From Patescibacteria group bacterium (GTDB lineage Bacteria > Patescibacteriota > Microgenomatia > Levybacterales > UBA12049), in the NCBI GenBank assembly GCA_026004395.1, contig BPJB01000001.1, forward strand, positions 777,226 through 841,225: a stretch of 64,000 bases of DNA, given 5' to 3'. The notes beneath the pieces are model-generated. The model was not told where the DNA came from and did not search any database. It saw only the letters and a program-made list of their open reading frames with translations. The translations under genes were made by a program, and so were the position numbers. Each line of letters begins with the position of its first letter. Position 1 is the first letter of the stretch. Of the stretch, positions 41,066-50,872 are shown piece after piece.

Positions 41066-43042
41066 ATGTGGCAAAAAATTTTCTCTGACAAAAGATCTCA
41101 GTTCTTCAGCCTTATCATCCTAATTCTCATCGGAACAGCGATACCTCTAACTATTCTTCTAAGTCAACAGGAACAAGATATCCGCCAACAAGCAGCCGAG
41201 ACATCACAAGTATGCTCAACAGATCAAGCAACAGACACAATGCTTATCATTGATCGCTCAGGTAGCATGGGACGAGCAACATCTACTACAGATCCCACTC
41301 CGCGCATTGATAGTGCCAAAACTGCTGCCAATGCATTTCTGGACATCCTAGCACAGCGAACTGCAGAACCAAAACATGCAGTAAGTCTAACGACTATCTC
41401 ATCTGAATCTATGGTAAAACTCGATCCATCCCTAACACAAGATTTGCAGAGAGTGAAAGCTGTAATTAATAGTCTTACTCCGGGAGGAGGAACCTGTATT
41501 GAATGTGCTATCAAAACTGCCGCTGATGATTTTGCCAATAAGGAAAGAAGTGGTATCAAAAATATTGCTGTTATGCTTACGGACGGAGGAGCAACACAGT
41601 ATATAGGAGGACCAGCTGATACTTCACCAACAAATCGAGCTGAAGCTGAAAAACGCGCATTTGAAAGAGCGATGCAAGTACATAAACAATACAATGTAAC
41701 ATTCTATACAATTGGCTTTGGTGATGTAGTTAAAGATGAGCTTCTTCTTAAGATAGCCACTTCCTCTGGTGGTGAGTATGTTTTTGCACCCAGTAAAGAA
41801 AAACTGAAACAAATTTATGAAAATCTGGCTAAGATTATTGGGAAAGGATCAGTTACAGGCAATGTCTTCAACGATCTCAACGGCAATGGAATTAAAGAAA
41901 CAAATGAACCATTCCTTCCAGGATGGAAAGTTGATCTTCTAGCAGGAAATACTGTTGTTGGAAATTCTACTACATCTGATGAAGGATATTTCTCTATCAC
42001 AGGTATCTGTGATGGTACATACCAACTCAAACTCAATCTCCAGCCAGGATGGAGACAAACAACACCTATCAACAATGGAGTACATCCCATTACAATATCC
42101 AAAGGAAGTACTATAACAGACAAACTTTTTGGTGTACAACTTATGCCAAAAGCGACTACACTCGCATGCTTACCTTCTGATCTTACCCTTTCAGAGACTC
42201 CCGGAACAATAACTGCAACACTTCGAGATAGTGATGGTAATCCAATTCCAGGACAAACACTTACATGGTCATCCCCCAATCCCTCTCTTATTATCTCACC
42301 TACTTCTCAAACAACTGGAGCAAATGGCACTATCACTGCACAAGTCTCTGTTGGCAATCCTGAAGATAAAAGTGAAGAATTTACTTCACAACTCACGGTA
42401 ACGAGTGCTGGATCTTCACAATATAATCAAGCAAGCTGTATTGTGAATGTCTCTTTCAAACCCAACGTTACTACCCTTTCGTTTAATATCTTCCTCCATG
42501 GAATTGGCAAAAGCGGAGACAATGCCAATCCTAATAGATTTGATCTAAGTAATGCTAATCCTCTCAATCCTGAGCGACCTTTCCTCATTGAGGTATATAG
42601 TATTGAGGGTGAAAATCCACTTATTGCAAGAGTTCAAGGAACATTAGTATATGATTCTAAAGACGGCATATTCAGAGGAACAATACAACTTCCCAATACT
42701 GTTCAATCTGGGAAATACAATATCTTCGTTAAATCACCTCAATATATCTTCAGACGTGTACCTCAGACATTAACAATAGTCAAAGGACAACAGTATATAG
42801 TGCCCACTATTACACTCGTATCTGGAGATGTTGATGACAATGATGAACTTGATATTCTTGACTACAATATACTTGCTGGATGCTACTCAGATTTTGCACC
42901 AGCACCCTCCTGTACGGAAGAATTGAAACAAAAAGCAGATCTTAGAGATGATGGACAAGTTAATCAAGAAGATGTTAATCTATTCTTAAGAGAGCTCTCC
43001 GTTCAACGTGGAGATCAAAGACCAAACCAACAATACCGATAA
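41066..43042 (+). CDS. Surface protein: TM - vWA - SdrD-B - Ig-like - dockerin
   Basis: MIDAS DRSGSM...GGT...LTDG; GNVFNDLNGNG; dockerin GDVDDNDELDILDYNIL...ADLRDDGQVNQEDVNLF. Confidence 0.85.
   Translation: MWQKIFSDKRSQFFSLIILILIGTAIPLTILLSQQEQDIRQQAAETSQVCSTDQATDTMLIIDRSGSMGRATSTTDPTPRIDSAKTAANAFLDILAQRTAEPKHAVSLTTISSESMVKLDPSLTQDLQRVKAVINSLTPGGGTCIECAIKTAADDFANKERSGIKNIAVMLTDGGATQYIGGPADTSPTNRAEAEKRAFERAMQVHKQYNVTFYTIGFGDVVKDELLLKIATSSGGEYVFAPSKEKLKQIYENLAKIIGKGSVTGNVFNDLNGNGIKETNEPFLPGWKVDLLAGNTVVGNSTTSDEGYFSITGICDGTYQLKLNLQPGWRQTTPINNGVHPITISKGSTITDKLFGVQLMPKATTLACLPSDLTLSETPGTITATLRDSDGNPIPGQTLTWSSPNPSLIISPTSQTTGANGTITAQVSVGNPEDKSEEFTSQLTVTSAGSSQYNQASCIVNVSFKPNVTTLSFNIFLHGIGKSGDNANPNRFDLSNANPLNPERPFLIEVYSIEGENPLIARVQGTLVYDSKDGIFRGTIQLPNTVQSGKYNIFVKSPQYIFRRVPQTLTIVKGQQYIVPTITLVSGDVDDNDELDILDYNILAGCYSDFAPAPSCTEELKQKADLRDDGQVNQEDVNLFLRELSVQRGDQRPNQQYR
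42846..42900 (+). repeat. 55-bp exact direct repeat, copy 1 (dockerin)
   Basis: AACTTGATATTCTTGACTACAATATACTTGCTGGATGCTACTCAGATTTTGCACC identical to 44983-45037. Confidence 0.9.
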
Positions 43043-43043
43043 T

Positions 43044-45191
43044 ATGTTACATTCATTGTCATCAAATAAGAAAATTCTTTTTCTTGTCCTGATAGGAATT
43101 TTACTCATCAGCCTACCTCTAACCATCTATCTCTTACAAAAGCAACAAGAAACACGAAGTAAAGCAGAATTAGCAACAACTCTCTTCTTTGAACCCCAGT
43201 CAACGAGTGCATCTCCTATTCAAAAAAATGTAAACGATATTTTTTCAGTGAATATGATGGTCAATCCTGGACAGAACCAGATTTCACTGGTTAAATTTGA
43301 AATTACCTACGATGCAACCAAAATTACGGCTCTAGGAACAAAAGGTTTTACCACTAATACAAATGCATTTCCAGTAACCGTAGAAGGTCCATTTATAACT
43401 GAAGTAAACAACGTGGGTAAGATACAGGGCACTGTTTCAATTGGTTCAGATTATAACAAGGCAATTACCTCCCAAACCATAGTCGGATCTATAGAGTTTA
43501 AAGCAAAAGCCAGCACATCCACCCAAACTACACAAATTAATTTCAGTAGTACCAATACTCAAGTGCTTTCTCTTGGTACAGGTGATCAAGCCAGTGAAAA
43601 TGTACTTTCATCCACATCACCAGCATATATTACTATCTTACCTGCAATAACTTCTTGTTCGTTTAATCCTTCTACTGCGGATATTATGATGATTGTGGAT
43701 GTTTCAGGAAGTACTCTTGATAACCGCACTTCACAAAAAACAGCCATGAAGAATTTTGTGGATAGTGTAATCGCAAATAACAGTGTCAGTGGTCAGTACC
43801 GTATTGGTCTTATCTCCTACGCATCAACCGCTCGCCTCAATTTCTCTTTGCAAAATGGAACAGACTACAATGGACTAAAAAATGCGATTGACAACATGCC
43901 ATTTATTGATAATGCATCAGCAGGAGAAGCAGAAGCAGTTAGACTTTCAACAGACGAATTTACCAAATACGGAAGAAGCGGAGTAAGAAAAGCAGTAATT
44001 TTGCTTACAGATACAATTGATTCTTATACCAACAATGCAGCTAATGATGCATACAATATTCACAAGACCGCATTTTATGTTTTGGCTTATGATATTACTA
44101 ATAGCACCATCCGCCGCATGCTACAGGATCTAGCAGGTAGAACCGGTGGGACATATCATGAATACACTGGTACATCAGGACCATCTGAAAATCAACTTCT
44201 TCAAGATCTTGCATCAGATGTCACGTGTCCCACAGTTACTCCAACTACCCCTTCACCAACACCTACTCCAACACCTGCCTCTCCAACTCTCACATTTACA
44301 GCAGCTCAGACATCTCTCAGTTATAACGGCTCAACCACTCTGAGTTGGAACTCTACAAATGCATCCTCATGTACCGCCTCCGGAGGGTGGAGCGGCACAA
44401 AACCACTCAGCGGAACTGAAAGCACTGGTCCTCTCACATCATCCAAAATCTACGTACTAACCTGTACTGGTCCGGGAGGAAGCGTAACAAAATCTGTTAC
44501 TGTAACTGTTGCACTGCCTACACCTACTCGAACACCGACTCCAACACCAACACCCATACCTACAAATACTCCAGTACCAACGAATACACCTATTCCGCAG
44601 GCAACCAAATTTAAATTTATCGTTTACCTCCATGGTCTGGGAAATAGTGGAGACAATCGCAACCCCACAGCTCATTCACTCAGCAATAAAAATCCTATTA
44701 GACAACAGAGATCACTGGATATTGAAGTCCTCACTACCGGAGCAACACGTCAGATTGTTCTTAAAAAAAGCTTCACAACGGGTCTGACATATAACGCAGC
44801 GCAAGGGTATTTTGAGGGTCTTGTAGATATGGGAACAACACTCCAATCAGGAATCTATAATATCAATATCCATACCTATCAATATCTTTGGAATTCTTTT
44901 GCAGGTGTTCAGATTACCGCAGGACAGACAAATACATTCCCATCAATTTCTTTAGTTACGGGTGATATCAATAATGATGACCAACTTGATATTCTTGACT
45001 ACAATATACTTGCTGGATGCTACTCAGATTTTGCACCTGCTGTGTCCTGCCCTGCTACAGTTGTCCCATCAACACCTTTCCTCCTCAAAGATATGGCTGA
45101 TCTCACTGACGATGGCAAGGTAAACCAGTTTGATTACAATCTTTTCCTTCGTGAATACTCAGTACAAAACAGCAACCGTATTACACAATAA
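43044..45191 (+). CDS. Surface protein: TM - cohesin - vWA - PT linker - Ig-like - PT linker - dockerin
   Basis: FSVNMMVNPGQNQISLVKFEITYDATKI cohesin; DVSGST MIDAS; GDINNDDQLDILDYNIL...ADLTDDGKVNQFDYNLF. Confidence 0.85.
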   Translation: MLHSLSSNKKILFLVLIGILLISLPLTIYLLQKQQETRSKAELATTLFFEPQSTSASPIQKNVNDIFSVNMMVNPGQNQISLVKFEITYDATKITALGTKGFTTNTNAFPVTVEGPFITEVNNVGKIQGTVSIGSDYNKAITSQTIVGSIEFKAKASTSTQTTQINFSSTNTQVLSLGTGDQASENVLSSTSPAYITILPAITSCSFNPSTADIMMIVDVSGSTLDNRTSQKTAMKNFVDSVIANNSVSGQYRIGLISYASTARLNFSLQNGTDYNGLKNAIDNMPFIDNASAGEAEAVRLSTDEFTKYGRSGVRKAVILLTDTIDSYTNNAANDAYNIHKTAFYVLAYDITNSTIRRMLQDLAGRTGGTYHEYTGTSGPSENQLLQDLASDVTCPTVTPTTPSPTPTPTPASPTLTFTAAQTSLSYNGSTTLSWNSTNASSCTASGGWSGTKPLSGTESTGPLTSSKIYVLTCTGPGGSVTKSVTVTVALPTPTRTPTPTPTPIPTNTPVPTNTPIPQATKFKFIVYLHGLGNSGDNRNPTAHSLSNKNPIRQQRSLDIEVLTTGATRQIVLKKSFTTGLTYNAAQGYFEGLVDMGTTLQSGIYNINIHTYQYLWNSFAGVQITAGQTNTFPSISLVTGDINNDDQLDILDYNILAGCYSDFAPAVSCPATVVPSTPFLLKDMADLTDDGKVNQFDYNLFLREYSVQNSNRITQ
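44983..45037 (+). repeat. 55-bp exact direct repeat, copy 2 (dockerin)
   Basis: Identical to 42846-42900. Confidence 0.9.
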
Positions 45192-45352
45192 ATATAACTG
45201 GCAAAAAATTATTTATCCAATGATCACTTCCGACTTAACTCTTTGCTTAAAACTAAAAATATCGCAGATAATTTGTTTAATGTTATTCATAAGGAAATAA
45301 TGACTACTTGCAATAAGAAAAAACAACTTATTATAATAATTAAATAAAGAGT

Positions 45353-45955
45353 ATGTCGAAAAAAACATTTGCCCTCATAGTAATACTTCTAATTTTGACA
45401 ATTATTCTTTTGGCTATTGCTTTGTTCCGATCAGAAACACCTTCTTCTCAACCCCCAACAATTTCTCGACCTACTCCCTCACCTACAGAAAAACCAGTCG
45501 GAAATACAACTCTTCGATTAAGTCCAAATCCAGTCTATCCAACGATTGGCACTAACTCAGCAACAACTGTAGCAGTTGAGATAGACACAGGCATAGACCG
45601 TGTAACTGGAGTACAACTTGAAATCGCATATGATCCACGAGTCCTAACTAATATGGAGATTAAGCCGGGTGATTTCTTCAGCAACCCAACAGTACTTCCT
45701 GTTGGTGGAATTAATACGAAGACTGGGAGAATAACATTTGCGGTTGTTCCCAGTAAAATTGGTGAATCACGAACAGGCAAGGGAACTGTTGCTCTACTCA
45801 CCTTTATCCCCTCCATAAATGCAGGCGTAGAACAGACAAGGATTGAGATTCTTGAAAAATCAAAAGTTTCTGTACCTCCACGTGATAGCATTAAATCTGT
45901 TCTCAAATCATTTGAAGGAACCACTGTCATTCTTTCTTCTCCTAGTGCGCGTTAA
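45353..45955 (+). CDS. Membrane-anchored single-cohesin protein
   Basis: TM plus PT linker; VAVEIDTGIDRVTGVQLEIAYDPRVL...GRITFA...GKGTVALLTF. Confidence 0.8.
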   Translation: MSKKTFALIVILLILTIILLAIALFRSETPSSQPPTISRPTPSPTEKPVGNTTLRLSPNPVYPTIGTNSATTVAVEIDTGIDRVTGVQLEIAYDPRVLTNMEIKPGDFFSNPTVLPVGGINTKTGRITFAVVPSKIGESRTGKGTVALLTFIPSINAGVEQTRIEILEKSKVSVPPRDSIKSVLKSFEGTTVILSSPSAR

Positions 45956-45992
45956 TCTTTCACTTCTTAACTAATTTGTGTACACTTACCCT

Positions 45993-46745
45993 ATGAATGA
46001 CCTTGAAACAGCACGGATTTTATTCAACGAAGCTAAAAATCTTGGACTTAATCCACAATGGATCACTGAATATGGGCTTTTCTCTATTAATCTTGATAAC
46101 ACAATTCGATTTGTATTTTATGGAATCTCCTATCTCAATTCACAAATAAGTAGTTATCTTTGCCGTAACAAACATGCAACGCGAAAAGTTCTTGATCTCT
46201 TTAGACTACCTAATATTCCCTATGCCTTGCCTGCAACAGATGAAGAAGCACTCTTTTTCCTAAAGAAATATAAACGAATTGTCGTTAAACCAACTGTTGG
46301 TTCAAATTCTGAAAATGTCCATCTTATAACCGAAAAGAGTCAACTGAAAAATATAGACCGCGCTACCTCTATTTTTGAAAAATATATTGAAGGACGAGAA
46401 TTTCGTTATTTGGTATTAAAAAACCAAGTAATTGCTGTTCATGAACGCATCTTCCCTGGTTTACTGAATGACCCAAAAGTTGTTAAAAGAATATCCTATC
46501 CACAAAACAAATGGGAGAAAAAGCTAATTGCAATTTCTCTAAAAGCAACTCAGGCTCTTGGTACAAAATTTGCAGCAGTTGATTTTAAAATTGATAAAAA
46601 CGAAAATCCTTATATTTTAGAAGTAAATGCAGCAGCGGGAATAAAATGGTTTCACTATCCTAGTGAAGGTCCTAGTGTCAATGTTGCTAATCTGCTGCTT
46701 ACGGCAACTATTGAAGAATTAAGAGATAAAAACACTATGCAGTAA
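45993..46745 (+). CDS. ATP-grasp protein (RimK/cyanophycin-synthetase-like)
   Basis: CRNKHATR, VVKP, EKYIEGREFR, AVDF, ILEVNAAAG; likely start 45993. Confidence 0.8.
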   Translation: MNDLETARILFNEAKNLGLNPQWITEYGLFSINLDNTIRFVFYGISYLNSQISSYLCRNKHATRKVLDLFRLPNIPYALPATDEEALFFLKKYKRIVVKPTVGSNSENVHLITEKSQLKNIDRATSIFEKYIEGREFRYLVLKNQVIAVHERIFPGLLNDPKVVKRISYPQNKWEKKLIAISLKATQALGTKFAAVDFKIDKNENPYILEVNAAAGIKWFHYPSEGPSVNVANLLLTATIEELRDKNTMQ

Positions 46746-47157
46746 AGCTCTGAGGCACTTCCTCTGCTACCCAACGCGTAGAATCTTCTTGACTGCGATG
46801 CACAAAAACACCTATAACAGGTGTTGATCCAACCATTGATTTTATAATCTCAACAGATCTTCGAATATCATCCTTTTGCTGTTCGTCATCAACAGGATTT
46901 CCAGCGCATTCTGAGTGACCATGTACAATTACCCCTTTTGCATGATGCTTGCCAATCGAAACGTCAACAACCTTAAATTTAATTGCCTCCAACAGAGAGG
47001 GATTAGTAAAAGATAGCTTACCCACAAGACCAGCCTCTGTTATAGTATCAGGATATCGTGCGCCAAATTTCTGTTGACCAAAAGCTGCAACTGCCTCCTG
47101 CACCCTGCCATCCATACAACCAACTAAAGTAAAAAAAGTTTCATCCGCATGTGCCAT
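46735..47157 (-). CDS. Small beta-class-like carbonic anhydrase
   Basis: GCMDGR...GHSECAGN zinc-ligand pattern. Confidence 0.8.
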   Translation of the reverse strand: MAHADETFFTLVGCMDGRVQEAVAAFGQQKFGARYPDTITEAGLVGKLSFTNPSLLEAIKFKVVDVSIGKHHAKGVIVHGHSECAGNPVDDEQQKDDIRRSVEIIKSMVGSTPVIGVFVHRSQEDSTRWVAEEVPQSFTA

Positions 47158-47237
47158 GTTCTAATTTGTAGCATAAACTTTAACTCTTTTCAACTATTAA
47201 CAATGAAAATAAACCATATTATATATAATATAATACA

Positions 47238-47279
47238 AAAAATCACAAATAGACGCTCGAGCGGCATTTTGTGATTTTT
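47238..47279. repeat. Inverted repeat in the divergent intergenic region
   Basis: AAAAATCACAAA...TTTGTGATTTTT (12-bp arms) around a CGCTCGAGCG core. Confidence 0.5.
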
Positions 47280-47811
47280 CTTACATTTCTTGACTCTATC
47301 AATTAACTTAATACCAATCTAAAAAGTATGAAAAGTAAGAGAGATTTTGTTTGAACTTGGTAAAGTTATTCTCTACTTCTTCTTTTATTTTTCTCTCTAA
47401 AATTAGATATACTCCTTTTGACTTAAAATATCTTTAGGATACAGATACACAAAGTTGCTTCTAAATTCTTTATGACAAAAGGTACTATACGTTTAATAAA
47501 TGAATTTGAAGATATTTACAAATAACTACCATTCAAACCATATTTTAAAATCTTCCAAGATTTTTTTAATTAACAAAAGGAATACAAATATTAAAAATTG
47601 AATTCTCTGAGTACTTTCTCACGAATGGCAAAATATCTGTGATTTAGAAAACATAACTACTCTAACACACCCATTATTAATCTAAATGAAAAAATAAGAA
47701 GAATTCTCTATATTCTTTCTTGAGTAAACCTTCAAATGCAATCAAGAAGACAAATTAGATACAAAAAACCTTGAAAGAAGTATATTTTACTGCTAGAATT
47801 GCTTTCCATAA

Positions 47812-49077
47812 ATGGAAAAAGAGTTTTTTATAAAAGGTAAATTTGAACCTCAGCTAGCTCCATTCTCAGATAGTCATATATCAGAAAACGTTAAGAATAC
47901 TGAGAACATAAAAGAAATTCCTCAAGAAATTACACCAGAGGTAATTATAAATGCAAATCAATCCACAGAAGTAAAAGAAAATCTGCGTGTTTACGACGAC
48001 AATCGCAGAGATTCCGCAAAAGGTCTGGTATTGGAGTGGGATTGTATAGATGCACGCATTATCCGACCTCTAGCTTTAGAATCTTTTTACTATAATACCA
48101 TAGCTAATGGCGGAAATCCTGAAAAAATACAACAAGCAGTGAATAGTCCAGTAACAAAATTTGCACTTGTTGTAGCCCATGAACCAGTTTGCGGTGGTAG
48201 GATGGCAAAACACCAACAAATAGAAAAAGGAATATTCTCAGATAGTGAAGGATTATCTCGTTATATATCAGATGAAATCGACCATCCATCAGTAATTCAA
48301 GCTGCTGTAAAGGCAAAAGAACTGGCACAGCTTACTTCAAAACTAGTAGTTGCTATGGTACACAACCATGAAGATGGAACAAGAAAAGTCCTTGCAGTAT
48401 TTAACCGAACTGATGGCGGATATACTGCATTAATTGATGATGATGTCTTTGAAAACCCAACACCCCAAAATCCTCTTGATGATCATCTCCTTCCCTATCT
48501 GCCGACAAGTGAACTTCCCGAAGAGATTCAATTGTATTTAGATAAATACGAACGTGCAAGAAAAGCTCTACTTGATGCCAATCCTCATGCTTATATGAAA
48601 ATGAAAAATCATAATCCACGGATAGGCAAAATTGCGACAGACTTAAGAGCAGCTGAATTATGGATTCCAAATCTTGTACAACCAGGAGAGATTGTCCGAT
48701 TTACAGTACCTCGCCGTAAAATACCTCGAGTTAACGGTGAGAAAAAAACTATTCTTAATCCTAAAGATATAGAACTTATCTGGGAACAGGCCGAGTATGT
48801 AATGACTCATTCTGTTGAAAGCCGCGAAGCCAATTCTGGTCCTTTCAAAGATACAGACACTTTTCTTATTTCCACACCGGACTTTGCTCTGTCTCAGGAA
48901 ATTGCCTTAAGGCTTGCACAGCAACCATTTGCTCAACCATGGCTTATGGACGAACGCAATAGAGTTCTTGTTATTCAAAATAATGCAGGAGTAGTGCGAA
49001 AAGCATCTCAGATGCGCTATACTTTCAAAGATGGAGATGTCGTCGCTTTTGAAGAAGTCTCAAGAGCAATAGCATAA
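47812..49077 (+). CDS. Hypothetical protein with beta-carbonic-anhydrase-like metal motif
   Basis: WDCIDARI...VVAHEPVCGG. Confidence 0.55.
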   Translation: MEKEFFIKGKFEPQLAPFSDSHISENVKNTENIKEIPQEITPEVIINANQSTEVKENLRVYDDNRRDSAKGLVLEWDCIDARIIRPLALESFYYNTIANGGNPEKIQQAVNSPVTKFALVVAHEPVCGGRMAKHQQIEKGIFSDSEGLSRYISDEIDHPSVIQAAVKAKELAQLTSKLVVAMVHNHEDGTRKVLAVFNRTDGGYTALIDDDVFENPTPQNPLDDHLLPYLPTSELPEEIQLYLDKYERARKALLDANPHAYMKMKNHNPRIGKIATDLRAAELWIPNLVQPGEIVRFTVPRRKIPRVNGEKKTILNPKDIELIWEQAEYVMTHSVESREANSGPFKDTDTFLISTPDFALSQEIALRLAQQPFAQPWLMDERNRVLVIQNNAGVVRKASQMRYTFKDGDVVAFEEVSRAIA

Positions 49078-49115
49078 GCCTATGCGTTTTCTGCCTCAAC
49101 TGATATAATTTCTTC

Positions 49116-50519
49116 ATGCGTGTATTTCTTGTCAATTTCGTACTTTCCTATCTTCGTTTTTTCGCACGTAAAGCACTTCAAAAGCATCAACCAATTATTA
49201 TTGGTATAGCAGGATCAGTTGGCAAATCTTCAACTCGTAATGCAATTGAAGCAATACTCAAAGATTATTCTGCAGTAAAATCAGTTGGTAATTCAGAGAC
49301 AGGCATTCCTTTGGGAATTTTAGGAATGAAACCCCAAAATTATACCAAGCTTGAGTGGCTCAAAATGCTTCTTCGAGCCCCTTTGCGTCTTAATTATCTT
49401 AAAGGAACAAAATATCTTATTGCAGAAATGGGAATTGATGATCCCTATCCTCCCAAAAATATGGAATACCTTTTAACAATTCTCAAACCAGATATTGCAA
49501 TCTCATTAAACGTATCTGCAACCCATACAATGCAATTTGAAAAAGCACTTTCTCCAAAAGATAAACAACTCAATGACCAAGAAAAATTAAAAAAAGTTAT
49601 CCAAAAGATTGCAGAAGAAGATACAAAAATCCTGACAAAATCAAGCTGTAATATTGGTATTTATAATGCCGACGATGAAGCATTAGTTGATGCAATCCAG
49701 AAAAAACGTAAAAAATTACTTTCTACGGAACTTTTTACTTTCGGAAAAAGAAAAACGAACGACATCTTTTATGGTGAATATAATATTTCATTAACTGGTA
49801 CTAAACTAAATCTTTATGTCAAAGATATACAGGGCAAAAAGCTTCAACACCTCAAATTATATTTCACTAATATGATTCTTCCTCAGGAATATCAAGAAGT
49901 TTTCGCTGCTGCAGTTCTTTCGACAATCCAAACAGGATTAACTCTCTCACAAATCAAAAACTCTCTTGAGAAAAACTTCACACTTCCTAAAGGCAGATCG
50001 AGCATCTTCATGGGTATTCACAATAGCGTTATTATTGATTCAACATATAACGCATCAAGACGGTCTGTAGAGGCTTTTCTCGATCTCGTTGATACTCTAA
50101 AAAAAGCGACAGATCGTCCAGTTGTTTTTCTCTTTGGAGATATGAGAGAGTTAGGTAATGAGGCTTATATTGAACATAGAGCTATTGCTGAAAAAATATT
50201 GGGTATTGTTGACAATTTATACCTAGTTGGTCCATTGACAAAGGAATATGTACTGCCTAACATAAAGCGTGCAAAAAACGAAGTACACGAAGTACTCTGG
50301 TTTGATACATCAATCAAAGCAGGAGAATATATGAAAAAACATCTACCTTATAATGCTATCGTGCTTGCCAAAGGATCACAAAATACAATCTTTCTTGAGG
50401 AGGCAATCAAAATGATTTTAGCAGATAAAAAGGATGCTCAGAATTTATGCAGACAAGATGAATACTGGAGCAATGTCAAAAAAAATTTTTTTGATAGCCA
50501 TAAGAATATCTTATCTTAA
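49116..50519 (+). CDS. murF: Mur ligase (MurF-like)
   Basis: IGIAGSVGKSST, IAEMG, IIDSTYNAS, GDMRELG, LAKGSQ. Confidence 0.85.
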   Translation: MRVFLVNFVLSYLRFFARKALQKHQPIIIGIAGSVGKSSTRNAIEAILKDYSAVKSVGNSETGIPLGILGMKPQNYTKLEWLKMLLRAPLRLNYLKGTKYLIAEMGIDDPYPPKNMEYLLTILKPDIAISLNVSATHTMQFEKALSPKDKQLNDQEKLKKVIQKIAEEDTKILTKSSCNIGIYNADDEALVDAIQKKRKKLLSTELFTFGKRKTNDIFYGEYNISLTGTKLNLYVKDIQGKKLQHLKLYFTNMILPQEYQEVFAAAVLSTIQTGLTLSQIKNSLEKNFTLPKGRSSIFMGIHNSVIIDSTYNASRRSVEAFLDLVDTLKKATDRPVVFLFGDMRELGNEAYIEHRAIAEKILGIVDNLYLVGPLTKEYVLPNIKRAKNEVHEVLWFDTSIKAGEYMKKHLPYNAIVLAKGSQNTIFLEEAIKMILADKKDAQNLCRQDEYWSNVKKNFFDSHKNILS

Positions 50520-50737
50520 ATAAACTAAAATCCATCTTCAAACTACTTTCTATTTTATAAAAACGAATTAATCACACTACCAAAGGGATATTATCATGTT
50601 CTTTGCGTGTGTCTTTACAATACCGTTCTAACAGACACTATCCGAAATTCCTGACCGAAACAATTTGCTTCGCCTCGCTACTGTGCCGTGAGGCAGCAAT
50701 CCTAGCAGAAAATTGCCTTTTTTTTAGAAGAATTTTT

Positions 50738-50813
50738 TGGTGGGTACTGATGGAATCGAACCATCCACCTCTGTCTTATCAGGACAGCGTTCTAGCCGAT
50801 GAACTAAGTACCC
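50738..50813 (-). tRNA. tRNA-Ile(GAT), CCA encoded
   Basis: GGGTACT acceptor; anticodon arm CTGTC-CT-GAT-AA-GACAG; GGTTCGATTCC; ends ACCA. Confidence 0.95.
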
Positions 50814-50872
50814 AATCTAAGTGATAAAAACAAAAAACTGCTCTAAGCGAAAATTAAAATTCTCAACTTACG

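Noticed and set aside
44230-44600. ACACCT/ACTCCA-type tandem repeats
   Set aside because: They encode Pro-Thr linkers and are not CRISPR or non-coding repeats.
46771-46780. CCAACGCGTA match to the reverse complement of the second Zwf insertion-like segment
   Set aside because: Only 10 bp and inside ordinary coding sequence; compatible with chance.
50640-50675. GGTCAGG and GAAGCA words reminiscent of SRP RNA
   Set aside because: Wrong order and spacing for SRP helix 8.
50603-50824. 73-aa + strand ORF
   Set aside because: It is antisense to tRNA-Ile and has no protein features.
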